Shown: positions 9,705-21,245, counted from the first letter of the stretch. The stretch is DNA of 64,000 nucleotides from Planctomycetaceae bacterium (GCA_021732845.1 JAKFUF010000003.1:1-64000), one strand, 5' to 3'. A program made the numbers and translations. Notes: generated by a model not told the origin, from the sequence alone.

Positions 9705-10217
9705 ATGTCCCCCTTCGATTTAATTGCTCGGGATGTCGCCGTTGATTTCCCGCATGCTGAAATCCTCGTCGAGAAGTCCGAGTCTCCAACGGGCATCCAC
9801 TATTTGAATATTCGGCTGAACAACATCGAAGTGACTGTTGAATCAGTCGGTGAACGGATCGGTGTCTCCGCCTTCGACAGCTCTTCGGATCCGTTGGATG
9901 GCCTGTTTGGCAAGCCTGATGAGTGGTATTCGGACCACAAGGCGGCGTTCCACCGGATTGCTTCGCTGCTCCTCGAGCAAAGAAACACACGCCCACCTGT
10001 GGCGACAATCGCGAAAGTGCGCCAAGAGAGAGGGATTTCTCAGGAGGCAATTTCCGAACAGTTGGACGTTCGGCAAGCCACCTATTCCAAGTTGGAGCGA
10101 CGAGCGGATGTAAAAATCTCGTCATTGCGGCGCGTGGTCGAGGCCATGGGCGGAAAATTACTGATTCAAGCCATCTTTCCAGACACCGGCGATGTCCGAG
10201 AACTCACCTTCAAATAA
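9705..10217 (+). CDS. protein with unknown N-terminal domain and C-terminal XRE-family helix-turn-helix
   Basis: C-terminal segment IAKVRQERGISQEAISEQLDVRQATYSKLERRADVKISSLRRVV is a typical HTH_3/XRE motif. Lower GC than surroundings. Confidence 0.6.
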   Translation: MSPFDLIARDVAVDFPHAEILVEKSESPTGIHYLNIRLNNIEVTVESVGERIGVSAFDSSSDPLDGLFGKPDEWYSDHKAAFHRIASLLLEQRNTRPPVATIAKVRQERGISQEAISEQLDVRQATYSKLERRADVKISSLRRVVEAMGGKLLIQAIFPDTGDVRELTFK

Positions 10218-10593
10218 TCTGGGCGTGGACCTGATCGTCATTCGGTCCGACAATATGGAAAAGGCCGCGGAGTTCTATGCGGCCTTGGGCCTGTCGCTGA
10301 TCCGTCACTCCCACCCGCCCTGCGGCGAGCATTTCTCATCGACTGGTTCAGGCTGCGTCTTTGAAATTTGTGCCCGCCGCGAGAATCAGGCGCCGACGAC
10401 CTCCGTCGTCCTCGGTTTCAAAGTGGCGGATCTCGATTTGGCGGTCCAAGCCGCGCTCCAACACGGAGGTACGCTGAGGCGAGCGCCTGAGGTTGCTGAA
10501 TGGGGGCGCATGGCGACCATTCGCGATCTGGACGGACACACTGTGATCCTCCGCCAAGAGTTGCCACCAGGCGCAACCTCAAAGCCCGTCTGA
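10192..10593 (+). CDS. VOC/glyoxalase-bleomycin resistance family protein
   Basis: VDLIVIRSDNMEKAAEFY first beta-alpha unit and a second repeat FKVADLDLAVQAALQHGG typical of the VOC fold. Start could alternatively be ATG 10253. Confidence 0.6.
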   Translation: MSENSPSNNLGVDLIVIRSDNMEKAAEFYAALGLSLIRHSHPPCGEHFSSTGSGCVFEICARRENQAPTTSVVLGFKVADLDLAVQAALQHGGTLRRAPEVAEWGRMATIRDLDGHTVILRQELPPGATSKPV

Positions 10594-10667
10594 CTTCGGG
10601 CCGGACCCGTTCCGTGGTATATCAGTGACTGTAATCTGATCCGCCTCTTCAGCAATTGGGTGACCCG

Positions 10668-11471
10668 ATGCCGAGCATCACATCGAAGCATGGACTATGT
10701 GCGCTAACCGTCCTGACAGCCGCGCTCTTTCTATCGGTTGCCTGGAAAGGCGGCGTGGCTCAAGAGGCGGCGAAAGAAGGGACGCCGGCAACTGCTGAAA
10801 AGGACGCTGAGAAAGCCCAGGAAAAGGCACCAAAGGCCTTCATCGACGGCACTGGTCCAGGGTGGGTGACACTGGCCGAGGCCGACTTCGCGGCGGTCAA
10901 CTGCGAGCCACAGACGTGGACATGGAAGGGCGATTTCGTGAGCTGCACCGGATTGCCTGTGGGGGTCATCCGGTCTCAGAAGAAATACACCAATTTCGAA
11001 CTGGTGGTGCAGTGGAAGCATCTGTCCTCCGGCGGGAACTCGGGGGTCTTCGTCTGGGCCGCGGAAGAGTCTTTGACAGACCTGAAGCCCGGCACGCTGC
11101 CGCGCGGCGGCATTGAAGTGCAGGTGCTGGATCATGGCTACGCGGAAAAGTATGAGAAGCAAACGGGGAAAAAACCCGACTGGTTCACCACGAATGGCGA
11201 CGTGTTCCCCGTCGGCACCTCCAAAATGAAGCCGTTCCCGCCCGTTTCGCCCCGCGGCGACCGCAGCTTCCCCTCCAAGGAGCTGAGCAAGGGGATGGGC
11301 CAATGGAACCACTACTACGTCCGCGCCATCAACGGCGAAGTCCGCCTGTGGGTCAACGGCGAAGAAGTCTCCGGCGGCAGCAACTGCACCCCCAACACCG
11401 GCTACCTGTGCCTGGAATCCGAAGGGGCACCGGTGGAATTCAAGAACCTGCGGATCCGCGAACTGCCGTAG
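10668..11471 (+). CDS. DUF1080 (3-keto-disaccharide hydrolase-like) secreted protein
   Basis: Signal peptide; WTWKGDFVSC; GNSGVFV; VRLWVNGEEV; CLESEGAPVEFKNLRIRELP. Classic DUF1080 jelly-roll motifs. Confidence 0.85.
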   Translation: MPSITSKHGLCALTVLTAALFLSVAWKGGVAQEAAKEGTPATAEKDAEKAQEKAPKAFIDGTGPGWVTLAEADFAAVNCEPQTWTWKGDFVSCTGLPVGVIRSQKKYTNFELVVQWKHLSSGGNSGVFVWAAEESLTDLKPGTLPRGGIEVQVLDHGYAEKYEKQTGKKPDWFTTNGDVFPVGTSKMKPFPPVSPRGDRSFPSKELSKGMGQWNHYYVRAINGEVRLWVNGEEVSGGSNCTPNTGYLCLESEGAPVEFKNLRIRELP

Positions 11472-11479
11472 AGACTCAT

Positions 11480-11947
11480 TTATGAAACTGGACCTGATCC
11501 CAAAGTATCAGGTCCAGTTTTGAGGGTTTGTAGGCGGTTCCCACACGTGGGACAGCAGTCGACCTGGGCATCCAACGGTTCGCCGCATCCATCACATGCG
11601 GCGGTTGGAATTGCTGGGTTGGTTTTGATCGAAAACTGCAAGCGCCTGTGCAAGATCCAAAGGGTCACAAGATTCAGCACAGGAACGAATTGGCTGGCCG
11701 CATAGATCATTGCTGCCAGGCGATCGCCAAGCAGCAGACTGACGCGAACTGTGCAAAAAAATTGAATGGAAATGGGTGCAAGGGCAAGAACTGCCAGGGA
11801 AAGCTGGATTGTCCATCCAACGCTTCGAATTGATGACTCGGCAAGGTAATTGACCCAACCAAGATTCAGCGCAACTGAGAAGAGGACTGCCCAAACCAGC
11901 AATCTTTGAGCTGGGACGAACAGTTCCGGTGCGCGTGACTCATGCAT
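11480..11947 (-). CDS. membrane protein with C-terminal zinc-ribbon (CDGCGEP...CCPTCGN), directly downstream of atpC
   Basis: Three predicted TM helices plus a CxxC...CxxC tail. Confidence 0.45.
   Translation of the reverse strand: MHESRAPELFVPAQRLLVWAVLFSVALNLGWVNYLAESSIRSVGWTIQLSLAVLALAPISIQFFCTVRVSLLLGDRLAAMIYAASQFVPVLNLVTLWILHRRLQFSIKTNPAIPTAACDGCGEPLDAQVDCCPTCGNRLQTLKTGPDTLGSGPVS
11487..11525. terminator. bidirectional intrinsic terminator (13-bp perfect stem AACTGGACCTGAT/ATCAGGTCCAGTT, followed by T-run)
   Basis: Lies between convergent genes (DUF1080 on plus, membrane Zn-ribbon gene on minus). The stem-loop is flanked by TTTTGAGGGTTTG. Confidence 0.6.
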
Positions 11948-11984
11948 TTGAACACGCGGATCAGGATGACGAAGTGACTTCAGC

Positions 11985-12383
11985 CTACTTGTGCTTCGCC
12001 AGATCGATCATGCGGCGGGCGCGGTCTTGGGCGTCCTGCTTCGTGTCGAACTCGGCGTCGGTGTGCGCCGGCATGTGCAGGGCCTTCTGCAGATCGGCCT
12101 CGGCCGTCTGCACGTTCAGGTCCTTGGCCGGGATGGCGGCGTGCGTCAGAATGGAGACGACCGGCCCCTTGATCTGCACAAACCCGCCGTCGATAAAGTA
12201 GCTGCGGGAGGTGCTGCCCTGATCGATCTTGAGTTCGCCCGCGCCCAACTGGCCGACCAGTGGGGCCCGGCCGGGCAGAATCCCGATCTGACCGTCGTAG
12301 AGCGGGAACCGCAGCGCGTCCACCTGCTCGTCGAGCAGAATTCGCTCGGGAGTGACGATGACCAGACGCAGCGGAGCAGACAT
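11985..12383 (-). CDS. atpC: F-type ATP synthase epsilon subunit
   Basis: LRLVIVTPERILLDEQVDALRFPLYDGQIGILPGRAPLVGQL matches the epsilon N-terminal beta-sandwich. Confidence 0.9.
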   Translation of the reverse strand: MSAPLRLVIVTPERILLDEQVDALRFPLYDGQIGILPGRAPLVGQLGAGELKIDQGSTSRSYFIDGGFVQIKGPVVSILTHAAIPAKDLNVQTAEADLQKALHMPAHTDAEFDTKQDAQDRARRMIDLAKHK

Positions 12384-12390
12384 GGGGGAA

Positions 12391-12425
12391 CCAATGACTC
12401 AATGACCAATGACTCAATGACCAAT
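12391..12425. repeat. AATGACY heptamer tandem array (CAATGACTCAATGACCAATGACTCAATGACCAAT) in the atpD-atpC junction / atpC leader
   Basis: Direct repeats seen in sequence, followed by a CGTGATG..CATCACG hairpin. Confidence 0.6.
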
Positions 12426-12464
12426 CGTGATGCCGCCCACAGGACGACATCACGATCCGGTGGA

Positions 12465-14016
<1,552 letters not shown>

Positions 14017-14023
14017 TTTATTC

Positions 14024-14899
14024 TTAGTGGTTCAGCGCTTCGGCACCGCCGATGATTTCGCTGAGTTCGCTCGTGATCTGTGCCTGGCGAGCCCGGTTGG
14101 CGATGCGGCTCAGTTCGCTAATCATTTCACCGGCGTTTTCCGTCGCGCCCTTCATCGCCACCATGCGGAAAATCTGTTCGCTCACGGCGGCATCCAAGAA
14201 GCACTTGAACAGGCGGGCCTTGAAGGCCGCCGGCACAATCCCCTCAATGATGCCCTGCGGTGAGGGCAGGAACTCGTACTCCACTTCACTCCCGCCGGCT
14301 CCGGTCTTCGGTTCGGTCCCCGCGAATGGTAACAGCGTCTCCAACACCGCCGTCTGCCGTGACGAGGATTCGAACCGCACGTAAGCCACGTTCACCCAGT
14401 CGATCTTCTTTTCGACATACAGGCGGATGTAGCGGTCGGCGATTTCGTTGATCTCGGTGAAAGCCGGCTTGTCTTCAAACTGATTGAATTGCTTGTCGAT
14501 GGCGATCTGCTGGTAGCGCAGTGCCGTTTGGCCGCGCTTGCCGGACACCTCAAGGGTGACCGTCTGTCCGTGTTCCTTGATTTCCCGCAGCCGTGTCAAA
14601 GTCTGCTTCATCACGCCCGAGTTGTAGCCACCGCACAGTCCGCGGTTGGAAGTCAGCACCAGCAGCACACCGTGCTTGGGTTCGGGGTGGGTTTCCAGCA
14701 ACGGATGGGAAAAATCTGTGGCTGCGTGTGACAGATCCGCGGCGATTTCACCAATCTTTTTGGTGTAGGCCGCGGCCTGCGTGGCCCGGTCCATCGCCTT
14801 CTTGAACCGCGCAGTGGCGATCAGCTCCATCGTCCGCGTAATTTTGCGGATGTTGCGGATCGCCTTCAGGCGTTTTCGAAGGGCACGAACGTTGGCCAT
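14024..14899 (-). CDS. atpG: F-type ATP synthase gamma subunit
   Basis: MANVRALRKRLKAIRNIRKITRTMELIATARF N-terminus and conserved C-terminal helix. Confidence 0.95.
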   Translation of the reverse strand: MANVRALRKRLKAIRNIRKITRTMELIATARFKKAMDRATQAAAYTKKIGEIAADLSHAATDFSHPLLETHPEPKHGVLLVLTSNRGLCGGYNSGVMKQTLTRLREIKEHGQTVTLEVSGKRGQTALRYQQIAIDKQFNQFEDKPAFTEINEIADRYIRLYVEKKIDWVNVAYVRFESSSRQTAVLETLLPFAGTEPKTGAGGSEVEYEFLPSPQGIIEGIVPAAFKARLFKCFLDAAVSEQIFRMVAMKGATENAGEMISELSRIANRARQAQITSELSEIIGGAEALNH

Positions 14900-14930
14900 G
14901 GTTCAGTTTTTGACCCTGTGGTCTCAATAC

Positions 14931-15076
14931 GAATTTTAGATTTCTGTGACTTATTTGCTGCAATTGTCACTGCTGCCGTGGAGCATCAGGGCCATAGGCT
15001 CTCTTCCTGCTCCACAATCGCAGTCACAATTTCAGCGGTCAGATTTCACAGCAGTGAATTCCGAGCCTTGAAATTC
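14931..15076. repeat. related palindromic intergenic element (GAATTTTAGATTTCTGTGAC ... GTCACAATTTCAGCGGTCAGATTTCACAG ... GAATTCC..GAAATTCC)
   Basis: Same core family. Located in the atpG-atpA intergenic region. Confidence 0.45.
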
Positions 15077-15077
15077 C

Positions 15078-16598
15078 CTACTTCTTCACCCGCTTCGCAT
15101 ACTGCACTTTGAACACTTCCAAAGCTGCCTTGAGGGCCGCCTCGGTCTCGGGCTTCAGATCTTTCGATTCAATGATCGCGTTGCGGATTTCAGGCTTCTG
15201 GTGCTGAAGGAACGCGTGCAGTTCCTTTTCGGCGTCCATCACCTCGTTGACCGGAATCGCATCGAAGTGGCCGTTGGTGCCGGCATAGATGCTGATCACC
15301 TGGTCGGCGAAGTGCAGCGGACCGAACTGCTTCTGCTTCAGCAGTTCTACCATGCGGTAGCCCCGGTCGAGCTGCGACTGCGTGGCCTTGTCCAGTTCGG
15401 TGCCGAGCTGGGCGAATGCTTCCAGTTCGCGGAACTGGGCGAGCGCCAGACGCAGACCACCGGCCACCTTCTTCATCGCCTTGGTTTGGGCGTTGCCACC
15501 CACGCGGGAGACCGAGATACCGACGTTCACGGCAGGCTTGATGCCAGCGTAGAACAGGTCAGGCTCCAGGTAAATCTGCCCGTCGGTGATCGAGATCACG
15601 TTCGTGGGAATGTAGGCCGACACGTCACCCTGCAGTGTCTCGATGATTGGCAAAGCGGTCATCGACCCACCACCAAGTTCGTCGCTCAGCTTGACGGCGC
15701 GTTCCAGAAGGCGGCTGTGGCAGTAGAACACGTCACCAGGGTACGCCTCGCGGCCCGGCGGACGCCGCATCAACAGCGACAGTTGCCGGTAAGCCTGAGC
15801 TTGCTTGGTGAGATCGTCGTAGACGACCAGCGTGTGCTTGCCTTGGTACATGAAGTACTCGGCAATCGCCGCACCCGCATACGGGGCGATATATTGGAGC
15901 GGAGCTGGTGCGTTGGCCGGGGCACTGATGACGACGGTGTAATCCATCGCGCCATTGGCCTTGAGGGCCTCAACCACACCTGCCACCGAGGTCGAACGCT
16001 GTCCGCAGGCGACATAGATGCAGATGACGTCCTGCCCCTTTTGATTGATGATCGTGTCGAGGCAGATCGCGGTCTTGCCGGTCTTGCGGTCGCCGATGAT
16101 CAATTCACGCTGGCCACGGCCGATCGGGGTCATGGCGTCCACCGCCTTGATGCCGGTCTGCATCGGCTGCTTCACCGGCTGACGACCGGCGATACCCGGT
16201 GCGATCATTTCCAGCGGGCGGCTTTCGGTCGTCGAGACCGGCCCCTTGCCGTCGAGTGCCACGCCCAGCGGGTCGATCACTCGGCCGATGACTTCTTTAC
16301 CCACGGGAACAGAAAGAAGCTTTCCCGTGCTGCGCACCTCATCCCCTTCGGCGATTTTCAAATAGTCGCCGAGGATGATCACGCCGACGGAGTTTTCTTC
16401 CAGGTTGAAGACCTGGCCGCGCACGCCGTTGGGAAACTCGATCATCTCACCCGCCATGGCCCCGGACAGACCATAGACGCGCGCGATGCCGTCTCCAACT
16501 TCGAGTACGCGACCGACTTCGGTCGTTTCAACATGACCCCGAAAGTCTTCAATCTCTTTCTGGATGACTGAAGCGATTTCGTCCGCTTTGAATTTCAT
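15078..16598 (-). CDS. atpA: F-type ATP synthase alpha subunit
   Basis: [13 protein letters not shown]... ; [10 protein letters not shown] Walker A; strong conservation throughout. Confidence 0.95.
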   Translation of the reverse strand: MKFKADEIASVIQKEIEDFRGHVETTEVGRVLEVGDGIARVYGLSGAMAGEMIEFPNGVRGQVFNLEENSVGVIILGDYLKIAEGDEVRSTGKLLSVPVGKEVIGRVIDPLGVALDGKGPVSTTESRPLEMIAPGIAGRQPVKQPMQTGIKAVDAMTPIGRGQRELIIGDRKTGKTAICLDTIINQKGQDVICIYVACGQRSTSVAGVVEALKANGAMDYTVVISAPANAPAPLQYIAPYAGAAIAEYFMYQGKHTLVVYDDLTKQAQAYRQLSLLMRRPPGREAYPGDVFYCHSRLLERAVKLSDELGGGSMTALPIIETLQGDVSAYIPTNVISITDGQIYLEPDLFYAGIKPAVNVGISVSRVGGNAQTKAMKKVAGGLRLALAQFRELEAFAQLGTELDKATQSQLDRGYRMVELLKQKQFGPLHFADQVISIYAGTNGHFDAIPVNEVMDAEKELHAFLQHQKPEIRNAIIESKDLKPETEAALKAALEVFKVQYAKRVKK

Positions 16599-17193
16599 GA
16601 ATGCTCCTCTCGCGCAGTCGTTCGTGCAACTGCCTGAGTCGGGTGCGCAACGAGGTATCGTAAATCGTATCTCCCACACGAATCCGCAGTCCCCCGAGCA
16701 ACGCAGGGTCGACTGACAGTTTCAGAATGGGGTCGAATTTGAACTTCGTGGCCAGGCTCTCTCGGATCGATTGAGCCGTGGCTTCGTTGATTGGAATCGC
16801 GCTGGTGACTTCCACGCGGACTTGTCCTCCGGTTTCCTCCCGCAGTAATTGCAACTGCTTCAGAACCTTTGGAATTAGTTCCATCCGCTCGTGCTTCGCC
16901 AGCACCCGCAAAAAATTGCCGAAGACGGGGCTCACCCGGTCTTGAAGCACCCGCTCCAAAATCGCCTTCTTGTCGTCGCGCTTGATCATCGCCGACGCCA
17001 GCATCTGGGCGAATTCCGGATGCTTCAGATAGACATCCTGGACAAACGCGGCGAACTCCGCCAGCACCGGCTCGACCTGCTCCCTGGGGAGCGAATTGAG
17101 CAGTGCGTCGGCATACATCCGCGCGACAGCCATCGCCCCTGGATCTTCCAGGACCGTGTCGACGCGCGTCTTGAGTGTTGCCTTGTCAGCCAT
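16549..17193 (-). CDS. atpH: F-type ATP synthase delta (OSCP) subunit
   Basis: Position between atpF and atpA; OSCP-like helical N-terminus; [21 protein letters not shown]-terminal motif. Confidence 0.85.
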   Translation of the reverse strand: MADKATLKTRVDTVLEDPGAMAVARMYADALLNSLPREQVEPVLAEFAAFVQDVYLKHPEFAQMLASAMIKRDDKKAILERVLQDRVSPVFGNFLRVLAKHERMELIPKVLKQLQLLREETGGQVRVEVTSAIPINEATAQSIRESLATKFKFDPILKLSVDPALLGGLRIRVGDTIYDTSLRTRLRQLHERLRERSIHEIQSGRNRFSHPERD

Positions 17194-17255
17194 GGGAGGA
17201 TTCTAGTGATTCGTCTTCTGCAGAGGGATGACTTCGATGTCTTCAGTCTTCTATG

Positions 17256-17957
17256 TCAGTTGACGTTCTTTGTCAGATCGGTCAGCGACTCGCGGATCAG
17301 CCGCTCCTGGTCAGCACCGGTCAGCGACCGGCCCACAACTGTCTGGGCTGCAGCGGCCACGGCATCCGCCATGTGATCGAACAACTGATTCAGAGCCGTG
17401 TCACGGGCCTGATTGATGTCATTCACTGCCCGCTGCTTGGCCGCTTCAGCGTCCTTGTTGGCCATGGCCAGAATCTCGTCCTTCAGATGATCCGCATCAC
17501 GGCGGGCTTCAGCGACGATCTCCCGCACCTCTTCTTGAACCTTCTCCAGCCGCCGGCCATGCTCGGCCAAGAGCCGTTCCGATTCATCCCGAGCCTGCTT
17601 TGCCGCCAACACATCGGCATGCAATGCCGACTCACGCTTGTCCAACCCGGACACTACTGGCTTCCACGCCGTACCGGCCAAGGTGGTGGCGAGGACGATG
17701 AAGATCACCAACGTGTAGATCGCCGTGTCTGCCCGCAGTTCGAGGGGATTCGTGTTGGCCCCCTCGGCACCGATGTGGACATGCTTGTGGTCGCCCGCGG
17801 CATGGTCGGCTGCGTCCGCAGGCTTGTCGTGCGGCTTTTCATGCTCTTCGGCATGGCAGACGGAGGACGCGCAGAACAGCGTCACACCGAGAACCATCGA
17901 CAGAGCACAGATTGTGCGGAACATTCGCAACACCCTTGAACTGAGACGTGAATTCAC
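17256..17957 (-). CDS. atpF: F-type ATP synthase b subunit (with His-rich N-terminal extension)
   Basis: Single TM helix followed by a long charged coiled coil; operon position. Confidence 0.8.
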   Translation of the reverse strand: MNSRLSSRVLRMFRTICALSMVLGVTLFCASSVCHAEEHEKPHDKPADAADHAAGDHKHVHIGAEGANTNPLELRADTAIYTLVIFIVLATTLAGTAWKPVVSGLDKRESALHADVLAAKQARDESERLLAEHGRRLEKVQEEVREIVAEARRDADHLKDEILAMANKDAEAAKQRAVNDINQARDTALNQLFDHMADAVAAAAQTVVGRSLTGADQERLIRESLTDLTKNVN

Positions 17958-17970
17958 GAAGCCTCAAGCA

Positions 17971-18318
17971 TCACCCACCGACGACTGGCCATGGATTTTG
18001 CGTCATGCAGACGTAGACGGCGAAGAACGTGAAACCTTCGATGAGGGCCGCGACGATGATCAGCAGCACGAAGATGTTCTGCTTGACTTCAGGCTGCCGA
18101 GCCATGCTTTCGAAGCCGGCGGCACCGAGCTTCGAGATGCCGTAGGCAGCACCGATGACGACCAGGCCGGCACCGAAGGCACCCGAGCCGAAAGCTCCGC
18201 TCACGCCGCCACCCTGCACCACGGTCGCTCCAGGAGCCTGGGCTTGCGCCGCCGTGGGCATGTTCACCACCAACAACATGGCCGCACAGACCAGGATCAG
18301 CTTCAACAGTTTGTTCAC
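17971..18318 (-). CDS. atpE: F-type ATP synthase c subunit (start uncertain; GTG at 18318 with GGAGAA RBS, or internal ATG)
   Basis: GAAYGISKLGAAGFESMARQPEV...FVLLIIVAALIEGFTFFAVYV two-helix hairpin with conserved carboxylate E. Confidence 0.8.
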   Translation of the reverse strand: MNKLLKLILVCAAMLLVVNMPTAAQAQAPGATVVQGGGVSGAFGSGAFGAGLVVIGAAYGISKLGAAGFESMARQPEVKQNIFVLLIIVAALIEGFTFFAVYVCMTQNPWPVVGG

Positions 18319-18449
18319 AGGAATTTTCTCCGAGAAGAGGTCACTCTGATTCTTAAGCGTCAGACTCGCACTGAACCGCCAACACTCGAACTGCCAACAC
18401 CAACGGCCAGTTCCGCCAGCGGGACTTGTTACAACCGACTGCCGGAACA

Positions 18450-19448
18450 TCAGTGATGATGAATTGCGGCACCGATAAACAGACAGGACAGGAAGCAGAA
18501 GATATATGCTTGAAGGAAGGCGACGAACAGCTCCAAAATACTGAGCGCCGCGCTTCCGAGAACGACGATTGTGGCCGCGATCGACCACTGCAGGGTGGGC
18601 GCTGCCGCCGCTCCCACTGCGATGGCGATGATGCTCGCCAGCACCACGTGACCCGCGAACATGTTCATCAGCAGACGAATGCCGAGCACGCCATGCTTGA
18701 TAAACAGGCCGAGAAACTCCACCGCAAAAATGCCCAGCTTAATCGGACTCAGCAGCAGCGGAAGTTCCATGTGTGGAACTTGGTTGAGCAGGTAACCCAC
18801 CGGCCCGAACCGGGCAACTCCATTCAACACCCCGACACCCAAGGTGCATGCCGCGAGTGCCAGCGTGACACTGAATGACGCCGTTGGCGAACCGGCCCAC
18901 GGAAGCATGCCCATCAGATTGCAGCCGAGGACAAAGAAGAACATCGTCCAGATGAACGGCAGGAACGTGTTGGCGTCATGCTCGCCAATGGCGGGACGCA
19001 CCACATCGTTACGCAGAAACAGGAGGAAGACGTCGATCAAATTCCAGAACCGCCCCTTGGGCAGACTGCCATCCTGAACTCGCCGTGAATAGGCGGTCAT
19101 CACCACGTAGATGATGAGCGCCACAACGACTTCCAAGATCATGAACTTGGAAACACAGAAGCCGTTGGCAGGCTGATAAAAGTTCTTGAGGGTGCCGAAG
19201 GGCTGGGGAATCAGAATTTTGCCGCTGAGTTCGTGATTGTACTCGTGCAACAAAGACTGATATTCGCTTGAGCCAACAACCTTGGGGTCATCTTCCGCGA
19301 CCAGCATCTTGGCAACGCGCAGATCACCCGTTTTGAGATCGCTGAGAAACGCCGGAACCTCGCTCAGCTTTGAGTAGTTCACCCGCCAGAGCGGCTTGGG
19401 AACCTCAAAGTAGTACGAGTCTTTGACGTGAAGGACTGGATCGGCCAT
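18450..19448 (-). CDS. atpB: F-type ATP synthase a subunit
   Basis: Multi-TM protein; conserved LGIRLLMNMFAGH Arg motif. Confidence 0.9.
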   Translation of the reverse strand: MADPVLHVKDSYYFEVPKPLWRVNYSKLSEVPAFLSDLKTGDLRVAKMLVAEDDPKVVGSSEYQSLLHEYNHELSGKILIPQPFGTLKNFYQPANGFCVSKFMILEVVVALIIYVVMTAYSRRVQDGSLPKGRFWNLIDVFLLFLRNDVVRPAIGEHDANTFLPFIWTMFFFVLGCNLMGMLPWAGSPTASFSVTLALAACTLGVGVLNGVARFGPVGYLLNQVPHMELPLLLSPIKLGIFAVEFLGLFIKHGVLGIRLLMNMFAGHVVLASIIAIAVGAAAAPTLQWSIAATIVVLGSAALSILELFVAFLQAYIFCFLSCLFIGAAIHHH

Positions 19449-19451
19449 TTT

Positions 19452-19871
19452 TTATTCAGTTCGAGACCCGGTTGCGGGTCCGGCAAACCACACAAAGAGA
19501 ATGACTTCAGCGACGAGCAGAATCAGATAAAAAGCAACAATCCAACCACCAAGTCGTAATCCAGCAACCGTATTTGGACGGATTGCCGCCAATGCGAGCA
19601 TCGAGATCAAAAGCCGGACCACCACTGGCCCGAGCGCCTGTGCGGGACCACCCTCTCTGCCCAGCACGAACACCAACAACCCAACAACTGCCGCAAACCA
19701 CCCCAGGAAGGCCGCGGCGGCCACTTGCTGGCGATCGCCCGGAAAAAGGCTTTCGGGCAACCAACCCACTGCCGCAAACGAACCCCAAGTCACGACTGAG
19801 ACCAAGACCAACCCCGCACCGAACCGCCTGGTCCTTTGCATGGGAGAGATGTTGCCAGCCATTCTTGGCAA
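19452..19871 (-). CDS. ATP synthase protein I-like membrane protein
   Basis: Four hydrophobic helices, immediately upstream of atpB. Low confidence call. Confidence 0.45.
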   Translation of the reverse strand: MPRMAGNISPMQRTRRFGAGLVLVSVVTWGSFAAVGWLPESLFPGDRQQVAAAAFLGWFAAVVGLLVFVLGREGGPAQALGPVVVRLLISMLALAAIRPNTVAGLRLGGWIVAFYLILLVAEVILFVWFAGPATGSRTE

Positions 19872-19872
19872 A

Positions 19873-20178
19873 CTACTTCATGGATTTGGCCATCTGGATG
19901 AGATGAGCCAGACCAACTGTGAATCCCAGAGCCACGCCGATTAAGCCGCAGTACGACGTTTTCCAGCTTTTATCAAGCCAGAAACCGAAGACACCCGGCA
20001 ATACCATCTCTGAAACCACCGTCGTGACTTTGGCCAGCCATTCCATCGCCAAGGCGAGGGGCGGGCGTTCATCACGGGGGGGATCAGTCACGTCCTTGCC
20101 TTTCGAAACGGCAAGGGTCGCCTGCCATTTGCGAGCGAGTCTAGCGGTGGCGGAATCGTCTGTCAAACCGCGCTGCAA
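19873..20178 (-). CDS. AtpZ/AtpI-family putative F0F1-ATPase accessory membrane protein
   Basis: Small two-TM protein with GFWLDK motif at the head of the atp operon. Confidence 0.45.
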   Translation of the reverse strand: MQRGLTDDSATARLARKWQATLAVSKGKDVTDPPRDERPPLALAMEWLAKVTTVVSEMVLPGVFGFWLDKSWKTSYCGLIGVALGFTVGLAHLIQMAKSMK

Positions 20179-20225
20179 AGTGTCGAGTTTGTTTCTCAGT
20201 GTTGAGGCGCATTCTCAAGTTCGGG

Positions 20226-20921
20226 TCACCATGCCTCAACACTGACAGGCTTGCCGTTCTGCGCGGGACCCAGTTGCAGAATGTACGGGGCCGCGGCGTG
20301 GCTCCAGGCATTGGCATTCCCATAGCGTCCGGCGGCTTCGCCAAATGCCAGTTGCAGCATGTCGGTGTTGATCACCCCCGGATTCAGCGGCACGGCCGCC
20401 ATGCCTCGTGGAAGTTCGCGGGCGAGTGACTGCGTCAACCCTTCGATCGCCCATTTCGTGGCACAATAGGGCGCCACCTCGGCCGAAACACTGCGTCCCC
20501 AGGCGGAACTGAAATTCACAATCACGCCGGATTTGCGGTCGACCATGGAGGGCACAAAGTGCCGGATGCAGTTCGCCACGCCGATGATGTTCACCTGCAT
20601 CAGTGAGTTGAATTCGGCGGCGGGGATCTGCCAGAGCGGAGCCACATGGTTCATCAAGGCGGCATTGTTAATGAGCAGGTCGGGCACGCCAAGTGTCGAG
20701 ATGACGCTCTTGGCCCAGGCGGCCACGGCGGTGTCATCGGTGACATCCACCACGGCGAACTGGTGCAGCGCGCCGTATTTCCGCTGGAGTTCGGCGATCG
20801 CATCGGCCGAGCGCCCGCACCCGGCCACCTGGTGCCCGGCTTCAATAAACCGCTCGACCATCGCCCGGCCCAGGCCACGGGTTGCCCCCGTCACCACGAT
20901 CCGCCTTTGTCCGTCTGGCAT
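20226..20921 (-). CDS. SDR-family short-chain dehydrogenase/reductase
   Basis: VVTGATRGLGRAM (TGxxxGxG); NNAA motif; YCATKWA (YxxxK) catalytic motif. Confidence 0.85.
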   Translation of the reverse strand: MPDGQRRIVVTGATRGLGRAMVERFIEAGHQVAGCGRSADAIAELQRKYGALHQFAVVDVTDDTAVAAWAKSVISTLGVPDLLINNAALMNHVAPLWQIPAAEFNSLMQVNIIGVANCIRHFVPSMVDRKSGVIVNFSSAWGRSVSAEVAPYCATKWAIEGLTQSLARELPRGMAAVPLNPGVINTDMLQLAFGEAAGRYGNANAWSHAAAPYILQLGPAQNGKPVSVEAW

Positions 20922-21009
20922 GGAACAACCCTCAATGGCTTTTTGCTCAATGTCCGTTTTGCCCAACTGTGGGCCTGCTGTCTCCAAATCTGACGTGAAA
21001 GGCTGCAGT

Positions 21010-21245
21010 GAATCTCAAATCTGAGGTGTCCGACAAAATCCAATTTCAAATCTCAAATTTCAAATCTCACAGTTTGTGCAGCGACATCGAATTGTCGACT
21101 GAGCTTCAATGGTGTGAACGTAACTGTTGCCCGCAGGGTGGATATTGCGGAAAAGCATTTTACTGTGAAATTTGAAATCTGAAATTTGAAATTGCGTCAA
21201 AATCAGATAATGGACCTTTGTCGGACACGTCAAATTTGAGATTCG
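21010..21245. repeat. MITE/REP-like nested palindromic element (~236 bp) with ~28-bp terminal inverted repeats GAATCTCAAATYTGAGGTGTCCGACAAA and inner inverted CAATTTCAAATCTCAAATTTCAAATCTCACAG arms
   Basis: Left arm 21010-21037 versus reverse complement of right arm 21217-21245. Inner arms 21040-21071 versus 21161-21192. Intergenic between SDR and ALDH genes. Confidence 0.55.
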
